Assembly (NCBI GenBank): GCA_052034495.1
Contig: JBPOIL010000001.1
Span: 84,293 to 148,292, forward strand
Reading direction: 5' to 3'
Length of the DNA: 64,000 nucleotides
Source of the DNA: Patescibacteria group bacterium
GTDB taxonomy: Bacteria; Patescibacteriota; Saccharimonadia; CAILAD01; JADZBC01
Positions 8,859-17,676 of the stretch are shown here, in pieces (position 1 is the stretch's first letter; the number at the start of each line of letters is the position of its first letter). Below the pieces are notes generated by a model, which worked only from the letters and a program-made list of their open reading frames with translations, did not search any database and had not been told where the DNA came from. The translations under genes were made by a program, and so were the position numbers.

Positions 8859-9575
8859 TTGCAGGTCAAACGGAGTTTCGTACGGGTATATCGCTGGGGT
8901 ATACTGGCTTTTATGAAGAAGCATTCCTTTAGTCGATTAGGCGGCATGGTGGAGAGAAGATGGCTAGTGCTGGCATTGATTTTAGCCATGTTTCTAAGCA
9001 TTTGCGCCTTACTAATTGTAAAAAGAGAAAAGCCAGCTCGACAAGCAGCGAGTGTCGTCTCTTACTCTACCAATAAGCCTGATGAAACGAAGCCAAATAA
9101 GTCATACGAGTGGACAGGAAAACCAGAAGACCCGAAGAAGATCTTGATCTCAAGCTTGGGGATAGATGGCTACATGCAGAACGTCGGCGTTGATCAGAAC
9201 AAGGAAGTAGCTGTTCCCAATAATATCCATGTCGCAGGTTGGTTTGTGGAGAGTGTGCGTCCCGGGGAGAAGGGGCTGAGCATTATCGACGGCCACGTGG
9301 ATGGACGGACACAAGGTGGAATATTCGAAGATCTGGCAAAGATAAAACCTGGCGCTGAGGTGCAAATACAATTTGGGAATGGGGCAAAGAAGAAATTCAA
9401 AGTGATGAAGGTCGAGGAGGTTGCAGAGGACAAGGCCGCCAGCGTGTTGTTCTCGCAAAGCCCGAAGACCACGAACCAACTCAACTTGATCACATGCAGC
9501 GGAGACTTTAATAAGAACACTGAACGGTATGAAAAGCGTGTTATTGTCAGCACGGAGCTAGTGCCGCAAAGCTAG
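8859..9575 (+). CDS. sortase family transpeptidase (likely true start at ATG 8913, MKKHSF...)
   Basis: N-terminal TM anchor. Conserved His in IDGHVDGR. Active-site LNLITCSG (TLxTC motif). Confidence 0.7.
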   Translation: MQVKRSFVRVYRWGILAFMKKHSFSRLGGMVERRWLVLALILAMFLSICALLIVKREKPARQAASVVSYSTNKPDETKPNKSYEWTGKPEDPKKILISSLGIDGYMQNVGVDQNKEVAVPNNIHVAGWFVESVRPGEKGLSIIDGHVDGRTQGGIFEDLAKIKPGAEVQIQFGNGAKKKFKVMKVEEVAEDKAASVLFSQSPKTTNQLNLITCSGDFNKNTERYEKRVIVSTELVPQS

Positions 9576-9631
9576 GCTTGCTTGAAGATTCTTCTCGGTT
9601 AGTATATCCTTAGCGTAAGCACTAAAACAAA

Positions 9632-11401
9632 ATGAAAAGAAAAAAATACACATTATTATTCAGTCTGGCTTTGCTCGCAGTCACTGTGGGTGGAGCCCTT
9701 TTGTATTTTAATGACTGGGTAGGTCCGGTAGCGTCAAGCACGCCAAGGCCGGTCAAGGTGGAAGACAGCCTTATTGCCCCGCGTCAGGATGAGGGGATAG
9801 CAGGAGGCGAAAAGAAGCCTCAAGCAACTGCAGATTATCCTGAACCGAAAGCCAAGAGTACCGGCGCTATGCCACTTGTGCGCTTTGAATCACCCAGTGC
9901 CAAGGCTCTGTTTTTGAAAGAGAACAGGCTCTCGTTAGCCGATGTAAACTACATCGATGAACTAGATGTTTATAGGATTAATAGGTCAGGCATTAAGTCT
10001 ACGAGAGGTTCGAGACTGTATGAGCCGCAGCGCTACCGAGCACTCCTAACCCCGAACGATACCTTCTACAGTTCGCAATGGCACTTGCATAAGGTAAACG
10101 CTTTACCAGCCTGGAACAATACCATGGGTGACGAGTCGGTCGTGATTGCAGTAATTGACACGGGCTTTGGCCTGCAGCACGAAGACTTGGATGAAAAGTG
10201 GGCCATCGATAGCGGGGAGGTCGGGCCGACTGCCAACGAGGGCGGTGCGCCAAACTGCACGAGTCGTGGTCTAGCGCTAGACAAGTCATGTAATAATATT
10301 GACGATGACGGCAATGACTATATTGACGACTACAGAGGCTGGGACTTTACCGGGGCGGATAATAGTGTGCAGGCAGGTGAAACAAGCCCGGCCGATCCTT
10401 CTGCAACTCACGGCACCTTCGTAGCTGGTTTGGCTGCAGCCGAATCCAGCAATGCACAGGGTGTAAGTGGCGTTTCGTGGGGCTCAAAGGTCTTACCAAT
10501 TCAGGCACTAAGCGATACAGGGGATGGCGATACGGTGTCTGTGGCACTGGCTATAAACTATGCAGTAGCACAGGGCGCAGGGGTAATAAACATGAGCTTG
10601 GGCTCGGACGGGGACGACCCGTTGGTTGCCGAGCAAGTTCAGGCGGCAATTGATGCTGGGGTATCAGTCGTTGCCGCCGCTGGTAATGACGGCTGGGCAC
10701 AACTGTCTTACCCCGCAAGCTACCCAGGTGTAATCGCGGTCGGGGCTACTGATAGCTCTGACAATAGGGTCAGCTTTTCGAACTACAGTTCAAACCTTGC
10801 GCTTGTAGCACCTGGCACGAGCTCGATTTGTTCTACCGCCTGGACAGAGGGTCAGCCAATCGATCGGTACGTCTGTGGCTACAGCGGCACATCATTTTCT
10901 TCGCCAATAGTCGCCGGAGCCGCTGCACTGCTGATCTCGCAGAATAGTACTTTGACGCCAGCCCAGGTCAAGACGGCACTTACCTCGACAGCTACGAAGG
11001 TTGCAGGTATGGCCGGCCAGAACTTTACGACTCGTTATGGCTATGGTCGATTGAACACCTATGAAGCACTCAAAAGTATTTCGCTTGCCGCACCACTTGG
11101 CCACGTCCTCAATACCCATACGGTTAGCTTGGCTGCCACCACAGGAATCTACCGTCCGGAAATGAATTCCACATGCACGAGTTACCATGCGTCTGCTCAG
11201 TGCAGAGTGCGCGCAATCAATACGGCTAGCAACCAGGTAGTATGGCTGGCAAACGAGCCGGGAGCGGCATCTGAGCTGAACACATATTGGAACGCTTCGA
11301 GTAGCAACCTTGGTGTCGGTACTTGGTTGGTTCAAGCATTTGCCGAGGCGACTGGCAGGCGCAGTTTAGTGCGCGAAGAGAGCCTTACGGTAAATCCTTA
11401 A
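9632..11401 (+). CDS. S8 family (subtilisin-like) serine peptidase, secreted
   Basis: Catalytic triad motifs VIAVIDTG (Asp), HGTFVAG (His) and GTSFSSPIVAG (Ser). N-terminal signal/TM. Confidence 0.8.
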   Translation: MKRKKYTLLFSLALLAVTVGGALLYFNDWVGPVASSTPRPVKVEDSLIAPRQDEGIAGGEKKPQATADYPEPKAKSTGAMPLVRFESPSAKALFLKENRLSLADVNYIDELDVYRINRSGIKSTRGSRLYEPQRYRALLTPNDTFYSSQWHLHKVNALPAWNNTMGDESVVIAVIDTGFGLQHEDLDEKWAIDSGEVGPTANEGGAPNCTSRGLALDKSCNNIDDDGNDYIDDYRGWDFTGADNSVQAGETSPADPSATHGTFVAGLAAAESSNAQGVSGVSWGSKVLPIQALSDTGDGDTVSVALAINYAVAQGAGVINMSLGSDGDDPLVAEQVQAAIDAGVSVVAAAGNDGWAQLSYPASYPGVIAVGATDSSDNRVSFSNYSSNLALVAPGTSSICSTAWTEGQPIDRYVCGYSGTSFSSPIVAGAAALLISQNSTLTPAQVKTALTSTATKVAGMAGQNFTTRYGYGRLNTYEALKSISLAAPLGHVLNTHTVSLAATTGIYRPEMNSTCTSYHASAQCRVRAINTASNQVVWLANEPGAASELNTYWNASSSNLGVGTWLVQAFAEATGRRSLVREESLTVNP

Positions 11402-11443
11402 ACCAAGCCCTCCAACAGGTATATCCTCGATAACGCTTATGAT

Positions 11444-13132
11444 ATGATAGAGGCTATGCAAGGAACTTTTGCCGAAATTGGGATGATCATGGCGGTTGCA
11501 GTGGCTGTGGCGGGCATCATGCACGCACTCAAGCAACCTCTTATTATTGCCTATATTATTACGGGCCTGATAGTCGGCCCGTACTTCTTGGACCTCATTC
11601 AGTCCAAAGAGACGTTCGAAGTATTCTCGTCTATCGGCGTAGCCTTGCTCCTCTTTATTATCGGGCTTGGCTTAAATCCAAGAGTTGTTAAAGATGTCGG
11701 TAAGATCGCACTTATTACTGGTGTCGGCCAGGTGGTGTTTACTTTTGTAATCGGTACTATTCTGGCGACAGTTCTTGGCTTTGCCCCAGTCACAGCTGCG
11801 TTTATTGGTGCTGCATTGACCTTCAGTAGCACCATCATCGTGCTAAAGCTTCTTTCGGACAAAAAGGAACTAAACCATTTGCACGGCAAGGTCTCGATTG
11901 GTTTTCTGCTCGTCCAAGATATTATTGCCGCACTCTTACTCGTTGTGCTCGTTGCGGTCTCCAAGGGCGGTAGCGTAGCTCAGTCCTTAACGAAAATGGG
12001 GGTTATAGCGATCGTGGCAGCGGTGGTATTCCTACTCTTCACTCACTTTGTGCTACCAGCCCTGAATAAGCTGTTAGCTTCCTCTCAAGAATTCCTATTC
12101 TTATTTGCCCTCGCCTGGGGCTTTGGCATAGCAGCTCTCATGAAGTGGGTCGGGCTCTCAGTCGAGATTGGGGCTTTGTTCGCCGGGGTAATGCTGGCCA
12201 GCTCGCCGTACAGCTTGGAGATTAGCTCTAAATTTAAGCCGCTTCGGGATTTCTTCCTCATTGTTTTCTTCATTCTCCTTGGCGCTAAACTGCAGCCATC
12301 CGACTTAGGTGCAATTCTGGTGCCCGGAATTCTGTTCTCACTCCTTGTACTCATTGGCAATCCAATTATCGTAATGAGCCTGATGGGCTCTATGCGATAT
12401 AGCAAAAAGACGAGTTTCAAATCGGGCTTGGCTGTAGCGCAGATTAGTGAGTTTTCTTTGATCCTTGTGGTGCTGGGGCAGAATCTAGGCAAAGTAGATA
12501 GTCAGGTAGTCTCCCTCGTTACCTTTGTGGCGATTGTGACGATTGCGGCCTCTTCCTACATGATTATGTACTCCGACTGGCTGCTCGATAAGCTGAGTAG
12601 GCCACTTTCTATATTTGAACGCTCTGTCATTAAGCAGCACAGAGTAAGTAATGAAAAGTGGGATATTGTAGTCTTTGGCTTCCGTAGCTCTGGCAAAAGG
12701 TTCTTGCAGTCGATTAAAAAGAGCGGCCGTAAAGTTCTGGTAGTCGACTACGATCCGGTTGCGATCGACCAGCTTACTGCTATGGATGTGCCATACAAGT
12801 ATGGGGATGCAGGCAACGTAGATCTACTCGATGAGATTGGGCTGAATACAGCAAAGCTTGTCGTGTCCACCATTACCGACCCTGCCACTAATATGCTGAT
12901 CGTAGAGAAGGCTAAGGAGCCTGGCGCACGTACATTAGTGGTAGTCACAAGCGACGAGATTGACTACGCGGCTGACCTGTATGAAGCAGGCGCACACTAT
13001 GTGATTATGCCTCACTACATTGGTGCGATGAAGACCGGCGAGATCATGGAGCGCGAGAAGTTTGACCTAAGTGACTTCTTAAAGGAAAAAGAGAAGCACC
13101 TGAAGTACATGGAAAGTGTTCGAAGCTTGTAG
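11444..13132 (+). CDS. CPA2-family cation:proton antiporter with C-terminal RCK/TrkA-N domain
   Basis: Multi-TM N-terminal region. Rossmann fold in the C-terminal domain: IVVFGFRSSGKRFLQSIKKSGRKVLVVDYD. Confidence 0.7.
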   Translation: MIEAMQGTFAEIGMIMAVAVAVAGIMHALKQPLIIAYIITGLIVGPYFLDLIQSKETFEVFSSIGVALLLFIIGLGLNPRVVKDVGKIALITGVGQVVFTFVIGTILATVLGFAPVTAAFIGAALTFSSTIIVLKLLSDKKELNHLHGKVSIGFLLVQDIIAALLLVVLVAVSKGGSVAQSLTKMGVIAIVAAVVFLLFTHFVLPALNKLLASSQEFLFLFALAWGFGIAALMKWVGLSVEIGALFAGVMLASSPYSLEISSKFKPLRDFFLIVFFILLGAKLQPSDLGAILVPGILFSLLVLIGNPIIVMSLMGSMRYSKKTSFKSGLAVAQISEFSLILVVLGQNLGKVDSQVVSLVTFVAIVTIAASSYMIMYSDWLLDKLSRPLSIFERSVIKQHRVSNEKWDIVVFGFRSSGKRFLQSIKKSGRKVLVVDYDPVAIDQLTAMDVPYKYGDAGNVDLLDEIGLNTAKLVVSTITDPATNMLIVEKAKEPGARTLVVVTSDEIDYAADLYEAGAHYVIMPHYIGAMKTGEIMEREKFDLSDFLKEKEKHLKYMESVRSL

Positions 13133-13187
13133 CTATTTAATTACGTAATTAGTTGCAAATGCCTTTCTGGGCGCTTACTATCGATGT

Positions 13188-13367
13188 ATGGCGCGACCCG
13201 AAAATGATCAAACAAGCATACGCAGCCTTTCCTTGGTAGGTGCGAAGTCGTTTGCCGTTAGCCTGCCAATTGAAATTATTCGTCAGCTCGGCTGGCAGAA
13301 GTCGCAAAAGCTGATCGTACGGCGCATGGGAGACAAGGTCGTAATCGAAAAGAAAGTGGACGAGTAG
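13188..13367 (+). CDS. AbrB/MazE (SpoVT-AbrB) family small DNA-binding protein, antitoxin-like, 59 aa
   Basis: Translation ...KSFAVSLPIEIIRQLGWQKSQKLIVRRMGDKVVIEKKVDE. Stop lies 1 nt before the glmS ATG. Below the ORF-track cutoff. Confidence 0.45.
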   Translation: MARPENDQTSIRSLSLVGAKSFAVSLPIEIIRQLGWQKSQKLIVRRMGDKVVIEKKVDE

Positions 13368-13368
13368 T

Positions 13369-15177
13369 ATGTGCGGGATTATGGCATATGTGGGCGGTCG
13401 ACCGGCCAAGGACGTAATCTATCCTGGACTAAGGCGTCTTGAGTATCGCGGTTATGATTCGGTTGGCATCGCGCTGCTTGGCGACAAGATCATCACTACC
13501 AAGGCTTTGGGCGCAACGGAAAACATTGACCTAACTTCCATTACTAGTACCGCTCGTGTTGGTATTGGGCACACTCGCTGGGCAACTCACGGCAGGCCAT
13601 CGGTCACAAATGCTCACCCCCATACCTTTGGTCGAGTAACCCTAGTCCATAACGGTATTATAGAAAACTACGAGGAGCTCAAAAATGCTATAGATAGCTC
13701 GAAGCTCGTAAGCCAGACTGATAGCGAAGTTCTAGCAGGGTTAATTGACAGCTACTTTGTCGGCAAAGTGAGCTTGCTAGAGGCAACTAAGCTTGCTCTA
13801 GCGGAAGTGAAGGGTACTTTTGGCATCGCGGTGATTTCTGCTGACGAGCCGAGCCAGATTATTACCGCCCGTCGAGGCAGCCCGATTGTGGTTGGTGTAG
13901 GTGACGGCCAGTACTACATCGCGAGTGATTCGTCTGCAATTGTGGACCACACAGACAAGGTCATTTACCTAGAAGATGATCAGATTGCCGTAGTGAAGAG
14001 TGATTCGCTGGTGCTGTATGATCTTAAATTAAACCACCAAGAAGTTCGCATGGAGAAGCTTGGTAGGTCTGAACAGGACTTGGGACATACTGGCTTTGAG
14101 AGCTTCCTAGACAAAGAAATACATGACCAGCCTGACACGATTGAGGACGTGATGCGCGGCCGCGTAAGTAGTGATGGCTCGATTAAGCTAGGTGGGCCGA
14201 ACTTGTCGCAAACGGAGATGATGCGACTCAAGCACATCGTAATTATTGGCTGCGGCACGGCGTACTATGCCGGCTACTACGCAAAGTATGAACTGGAGCA
14301 GCTGCTGGGCTTGCAGGTAAGTGTTGAGTTTGCGAGTGAGTTCCGCTATCGCTATGGGTCGTATGACGCGCCGTCGACACTCGCAATATTTATGAGTCAG
14401 TCCGGCGAGACCGCTGATACACTAGCATCGCTACGCGAAGCAAGGCGACGGGGTATTAAAACTCTTGGCATTATCAACACCGTGGGCTCGACAATTGCTC
14501 GCGAGGTTGATCATGGCGGCATATATTTGCATGCAGGGGTGGAGTCTTCGGTTGCTAGCACTAAGGCATATAGCTCTATGGTCGTGGCGCTGCTCATGCT
14601 TGGTGGGGTGCTAAATTATCACAGAGGTGGAGCAGAGGAGAAGACACGGAACTTAGCCTACGAGCTCTTGCGCCTGCCCGACGAGATTCGCGCAACTCTG
14701 AAGCTTAAGCAACAAGTTGATAAGATCGCAGATAAGCTAGACAAACACCATGATTGGTTCTTCCTCGGCCGCGGGAACTTGTACCCAGTTGCGCTCGAGG
14801 GAGCACTTAAGATAACTGAAGTAGCCTACGTTCATGCCCAGGCATTCCCAGCGGGCGAGATGAAGCACGGCCCGATCGCGCTGGTGGACGGCAAGCATCT
14901 TTCGGTTCTACTCCTGCCCGAGGATGATTTGCTCTACAAGAAGAGCCTCTCTGCCCTCGAGGAACTTAAGGCCCGCGGTGGGCGGGTACTGACCGTGTCC
15001 ACGAGGCCAAAGGAGAATCTAAGCGACTATCATATTGAGGTTGCACATAGTGGCGGTAGTACCGACGGACTTATATATAACGTTTGCTTGCAGCTCTTAG
15101 CCCTCGCAGTTGCGAATCAAAAGAACGTGAACGTGGACAGGCCGAGGAACTTGGCTAAATCAGTCACGGTAGAGTAG
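13369..15177 (+). CDS. glmS: glutamine--fructose-6-phosphate aminotransferase (isomerizing)
   Basis: MCGIMAYVG N-terminal Cys nucleophile, SIS domains, 602 aa. Confidence 0.9.
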   Translation: MCGIMAYVGGRPAKDVIYPGLRRLEYRGYDSVGIALLGDKIITTKALGATENIDLTSITSTARVGIGHTRWATHGRPSVTNAHPHTFGRVTLVHNGIIENYEELKNAIDSSKLVSQTDSEVLAGLIDSYFVGKVSLLEATKLALAEVKGTFGIAVISADEPSQIITARRGSPIVVGVGDGQYYIASDSSAIVDHTDKVIYLEDDQIAVVKSDSLVLYDLKLNHQEVRMEKLGRSEQDLGHTGFESFLDKEIHDQPDTIEDVMRGRVSSDGSIKLGGPNLSQTEMMRLKHIVIIGCGTAYYAGYYAKYELEQLLGLQVSVEFASEFRYRYGSYDAPSTLAIFMSQSGETADTLASLREARRRGIKTLGIINTVGSTIAREVDHGGIYLHAGVESSVASTKAYSSMVVALLMLGGVLNYHRGGAEEKTRNLAYELLRLPDEIRATLKLKQQVDKIADKLDKHHDWFFLGRGNLYPVALEGALKITEVAYVHAQAFPAGEMKHGPIALVDGKHLSVLLLPEDDLLYKKSLSALEELKARGGRVLTVSTRPKENLSDYHIEVAHSGGSTDGLIYNVCLQLLALAVANQKNVNVDRPRNLAKSVTVE

Positions 15178-15205
15178 CGCCTGGTACATGTGCTAGGATA
15201 GGGAT

Positions 15206-15397
15206 ATGAGTAAAACATCACACGCTCGTCATGAGCACGAACAACCAACCAACCCTAATGCACACGCCGAGCTAGAGGCAATGGAAGCGAACAGCTTCGC
15301 TCACCGCCACAAAACCCTTATATGGGTGGTAATTATTGGCATGTTTATAATGTTCCCAATAGTATTTGGAGTTCTCGCAGTACTAAACGCGTTCTAA
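15206..15397 (+). CDS. small hypothetical membrane protein
   Basis: 63 aa with a C-terminal TM helix. Weak RBS. Confidence 0.35.
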   Translation: MSKTSHARHEHEQPTNPNAHAELEAMEANSFAHRHKTLIWVVIIGMFIMFPIVFGVLAVLNAF

Positions 15398-15398
15398 G

Positions 15399-15692
15399 CT
15401 AGTCGCCTTTGACCTTGTAGGTCGGGACTTGGCTGCGATAGACGTATGATTGGCTGTAGTTGGCAATGTCCATAAGAGCGCCGATACCTACGAAGAGCCA
15501 GCCACCAAAGTTAACAGGACCGGATGACGCTACGAGCATGTAGAACAGCGTAGTCCATGGCGCGAAAATGAGCCCTAGCAGGGGTAGCAGCACTCCGTTG
15601 TACGCCCGAGACACGATATTCGTAAACGCCCAGAGCAGAATTATTCCGAAACGTGGTGAAAGCATGATAATGAGGGCAAATAAACATCCCAT
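15399..15692 (-). CDS. hypothetical multi-TM membrane protein
   Basis: AAGGAG RBS 7 nt upstream. Hydrophobic 97 aa. Confidence 0.5.
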   Translation of the reverse strand: MGCLFALIIMLSPRFGIILLWAFTNIVSRAYNGVLLPLLGLIFAPWTTLFYMLVASSGPVNFGGWLFVGIGALMDIANYSQSYVYRSQVPTYKVKGD

Positions 15693-15860
15693 AATGAGAC
15701 TCCTTGTTACTCTTTTATACTAGTCCTCGAATGAACTTTTGACAAGCGGAGGCTCTGGTTGTATAAAATCTTAGCCTCAATTTGTAATAATGCGTATTGA
15801 CTTGGATGCCTGTTCATACGATTATCAGGTTAGAACGTAATTTTAAGGAGGAAATATAGT

Positions 15861-16268
15861 ATGGCGGAAAGCAAAGCTGAAGCTAAAGTATCTGGATGGG
15901 TAGGCTGGGTCCTATTCGCTGGCGTAGTATTAATGGTGGCAGGTGCGGTGCAGGCGCTCTATGGCCTAGGGGCATTGTTGAATAATACATTCTTGCTCGT
16001 AACACCTGCTCGAGCAGCAGTCGTAGACGTTACAGCCTGGGGTTGGGTCCACTTGATCGGCGGTTTACTACTTGTAGCAGCTGGCTACTCAGTCACTGCA
16101 GGTAACGCCTTCGGTCGTATCGTAGCAGTTGTGCTAACGTCACTCGCGCTCATTGCGAACATGACTTACGTAACTGCATACCCAGTATGGACAATCATGC
16201 TGATTACGGTGAACGTACTTGTGCTATACGCACTCGTGGTTCACGGTAAGGATCTTAAGAAGTCCTAG
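15861..16268 (+). CDS. hypothetical multi-TM membrane protein
   Basis: Strong RBS TAAGGAGGA. 135 aa with 4 predicted TM segments. Confidence 0.55.
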   Translation: MAESKAEAKVSGWVGWVLFAGVVLMVAGAVQALYGLGALLNNTFLLVTPARAAVVDVTAWGWVHLIGGLLLVAAGYSVTAGNAFGRIVAVVLTSLALIANMTYVTAYPVWTIMLITVNVLVLYALVVHGKDLKKS

Positions 16269-16283
16269 ACTACTTAGATTGTA

Positions 16284-16320
16284 AAGAGGGAGCTTGGCAG
16301 AAACGCCAGCTCCTTTTTTG
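16284..16320. terminator. hairpin ggagcttggc-agaaac-gccagctcc flanked by a T-run; likely bidirectional terminator
   Basis: Inverted repeat followed by TTTTTTGC on the + strand. Lies between convergent genes. Confidence 0.5.
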
Positions 16321-16350
16321 CTATAATACATCCATGCAAAAGATATTCAT

Positions 16351-16749
16351 CTACATAATTCTAGGCTTCTTTTTGATCGCTTCTGTCGTTCCCTTCCTGG
16401 CTCTGTAGGACTTGACAATTAGCCTCGTGTCAGATGTAGCGATATATGTTATAGGGATTATTGCCAGAAAGATTAATGGGTTCATTGCCCATGCATCAGA
16501 GATTCTGGTGTGCAGGAGGAGCCAGTAGGCCCGAGTTAGCCCTATAGACGGAGAGTTTATCCCGGTATTGCTGAAGAGTGAGACCGAAGGCATGCTTACC
16601 AAGAGGTTGTAAGGAATAATTAGCAGAAAAAGACTACCCCCCAAAACTACAAAGAGTCGGGCAGGGGGCGTCTGAAGTCCGATGAGGTTGACTGCCCTAT
16701 TTCTTAATGAGCGGCTGTCCATAGGCATCTTTAAGTGAGCCCGTTGCAA
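16351..16749 (-). CDS. hypothetical membrane protein (start uncertain; overlaps the upstream TM2 gene)
   Basis: 132 aa hydrophobic ORF. Its 5' end overlaps the stop of the 16697..16981 ORF, so an internal start is likely. Confidence 0.3.
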   Translation of the reverse strand: MQRAHLKMPMDSRSLRNRAVNLIGLQTPPARLFVVLGGSLFLLIIPYNLLVSMPSVSLFSNTGINSPSIGLTRAYWLLLHTRISDAWAMNPLIFLAIIPITYIATSDTRLIVKSYRARKGTTEAIKKKPRIM

Positions 16750-16981
16750 TCATAATAATATCTATAATATAGAGGATTCCGCACAGCCCGAAAGTAAATA
16801 GCTTAAGAAGGCCAAGTCCAGTGTGGCCCATGTAGAAACGATCTACACCCCAGTAGCCAAGAAATATCGATAACAGCAGGGCAGTTAGCCAATCTTTCTG
16901 CTCATGGGGTCCTTGCTGTGGCCCAATGTTATTTATAGTGATGTTTGGCTGATTAGCTTCTTGTGGTTTGTTTGTCGCCAT
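16697..16981 (-). CDS. TM2 domain-containing protein
   Basis: LLSIFLGYWGVDRFYMGHTGLGLLKLFTFG matches the TM2 domain motif. Confidence 0.65.
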   Translation of the reverse strand: MATNKPQEANQPNITINNIGPQQGPHEQKDWLTALLLSIFLGYWGVDRFYMGHTGLGLLKLFTFGLCGILYIIDIIMIATGSLKDAYGQPLIKK

Positions 16982-17105
16982 ATAAAAGTTGCTCCCTGAA
17001 TTAGTATAGACATTACACTAAACGATTTTCTTATTCTTTGCAATTATGTTATTTGTGTTATCGTTCGCAAGGTGTAGAATGTAGATATAAACAAGGTATA
17101 CAGTC

Positions 17106-17504
17106 ATGGACTTTATCGCGCCAGTAATTCTTTTTATCTTCTCTTATGTTTATTATCTTATATTTTTCTTGACCTACATGGCTTTTTTGGCGCTACCGTT
17201 TTTGACAGTATGGTCTATGTGGCGAATGTTTAGAAAAGCAGACGAGGAGGGCTGGAAAATATTTATCCCATTCTACAATCTATACATGATTTTCAGAATA
17301 GCAGGAAGAAACGGCTGGGGCTTCTTCTTGTTGCTAATTCCGGTCATTAATATTATTGCTGCTATCGTAGTTGCAATTGATTTAGCCAAACACTTCGGTA
17401 AGAACACACTTTTTGGCCTGTTTGGGTTAGCCTTGTTGCCGACCGTGGGCGTCTTGATACTAGGCCTCAGTGACGCTGAGTACGTTGGCCCTAAGCACGC
17501 CTAG
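17106..17504 (+). CDS. DUF5684 family membrane protein
   Basis: MFRKADEEGWKIFIPFYNLYMIFRIAGRNGWGFFLLLIP pattern typical of DUF5684. Confidence 0.55.
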   Translation: MDFIAPVILFIFSYVYYLIFFLTYMAFLALPFLTVWSMWRMFRKADEEGWKIFIPFYNLYMIFRIAGRNGWGFFLLLIPVINIIAAIVVAIDLAKHFGKNTLFGLFGLALLPTVGVLILGLSDAEYVGPKHA

Positions 17505-17517
17505 GAAGTAAATCTAT

Positions 17518-17676
17518 ATGGCAATCGCCCCGAAATGCGACATCTGTAACAAAGAGTTGCGCGCATTTGGGGCGATTTTGTTTAGTCCTCCAAATGAAAA
17601 TTCAGAGGTAAAGAAGTTCCACGTTTGTGTGACTTGCTACGAGAACTTGTTAGCTACTTTCAAGATTAAAGAGTAG
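17518..17676 (+). CDS. small zinc-ribbon protein (two CxxC pairs), 52 aa
   Basis: CDICN ... CVTCY. Below the ORF-track cutoff. Overlaps the 3' end of the convergent kinase gene. Confidence 0.35.
   Translation: MAIAPKCDICNKELRAFGAILFSPPNENSEVKKFHVCVTCYENLLATFKIKE

Noticed and set aside
13149-13409. 86-aa minus-strand ORF overlapping the glmS start
   Set aside because: The plus-strand AbrB-like ORF in the same space has a recognisable domain signature. The minus ORF has none and would overlap the glmS start codon.
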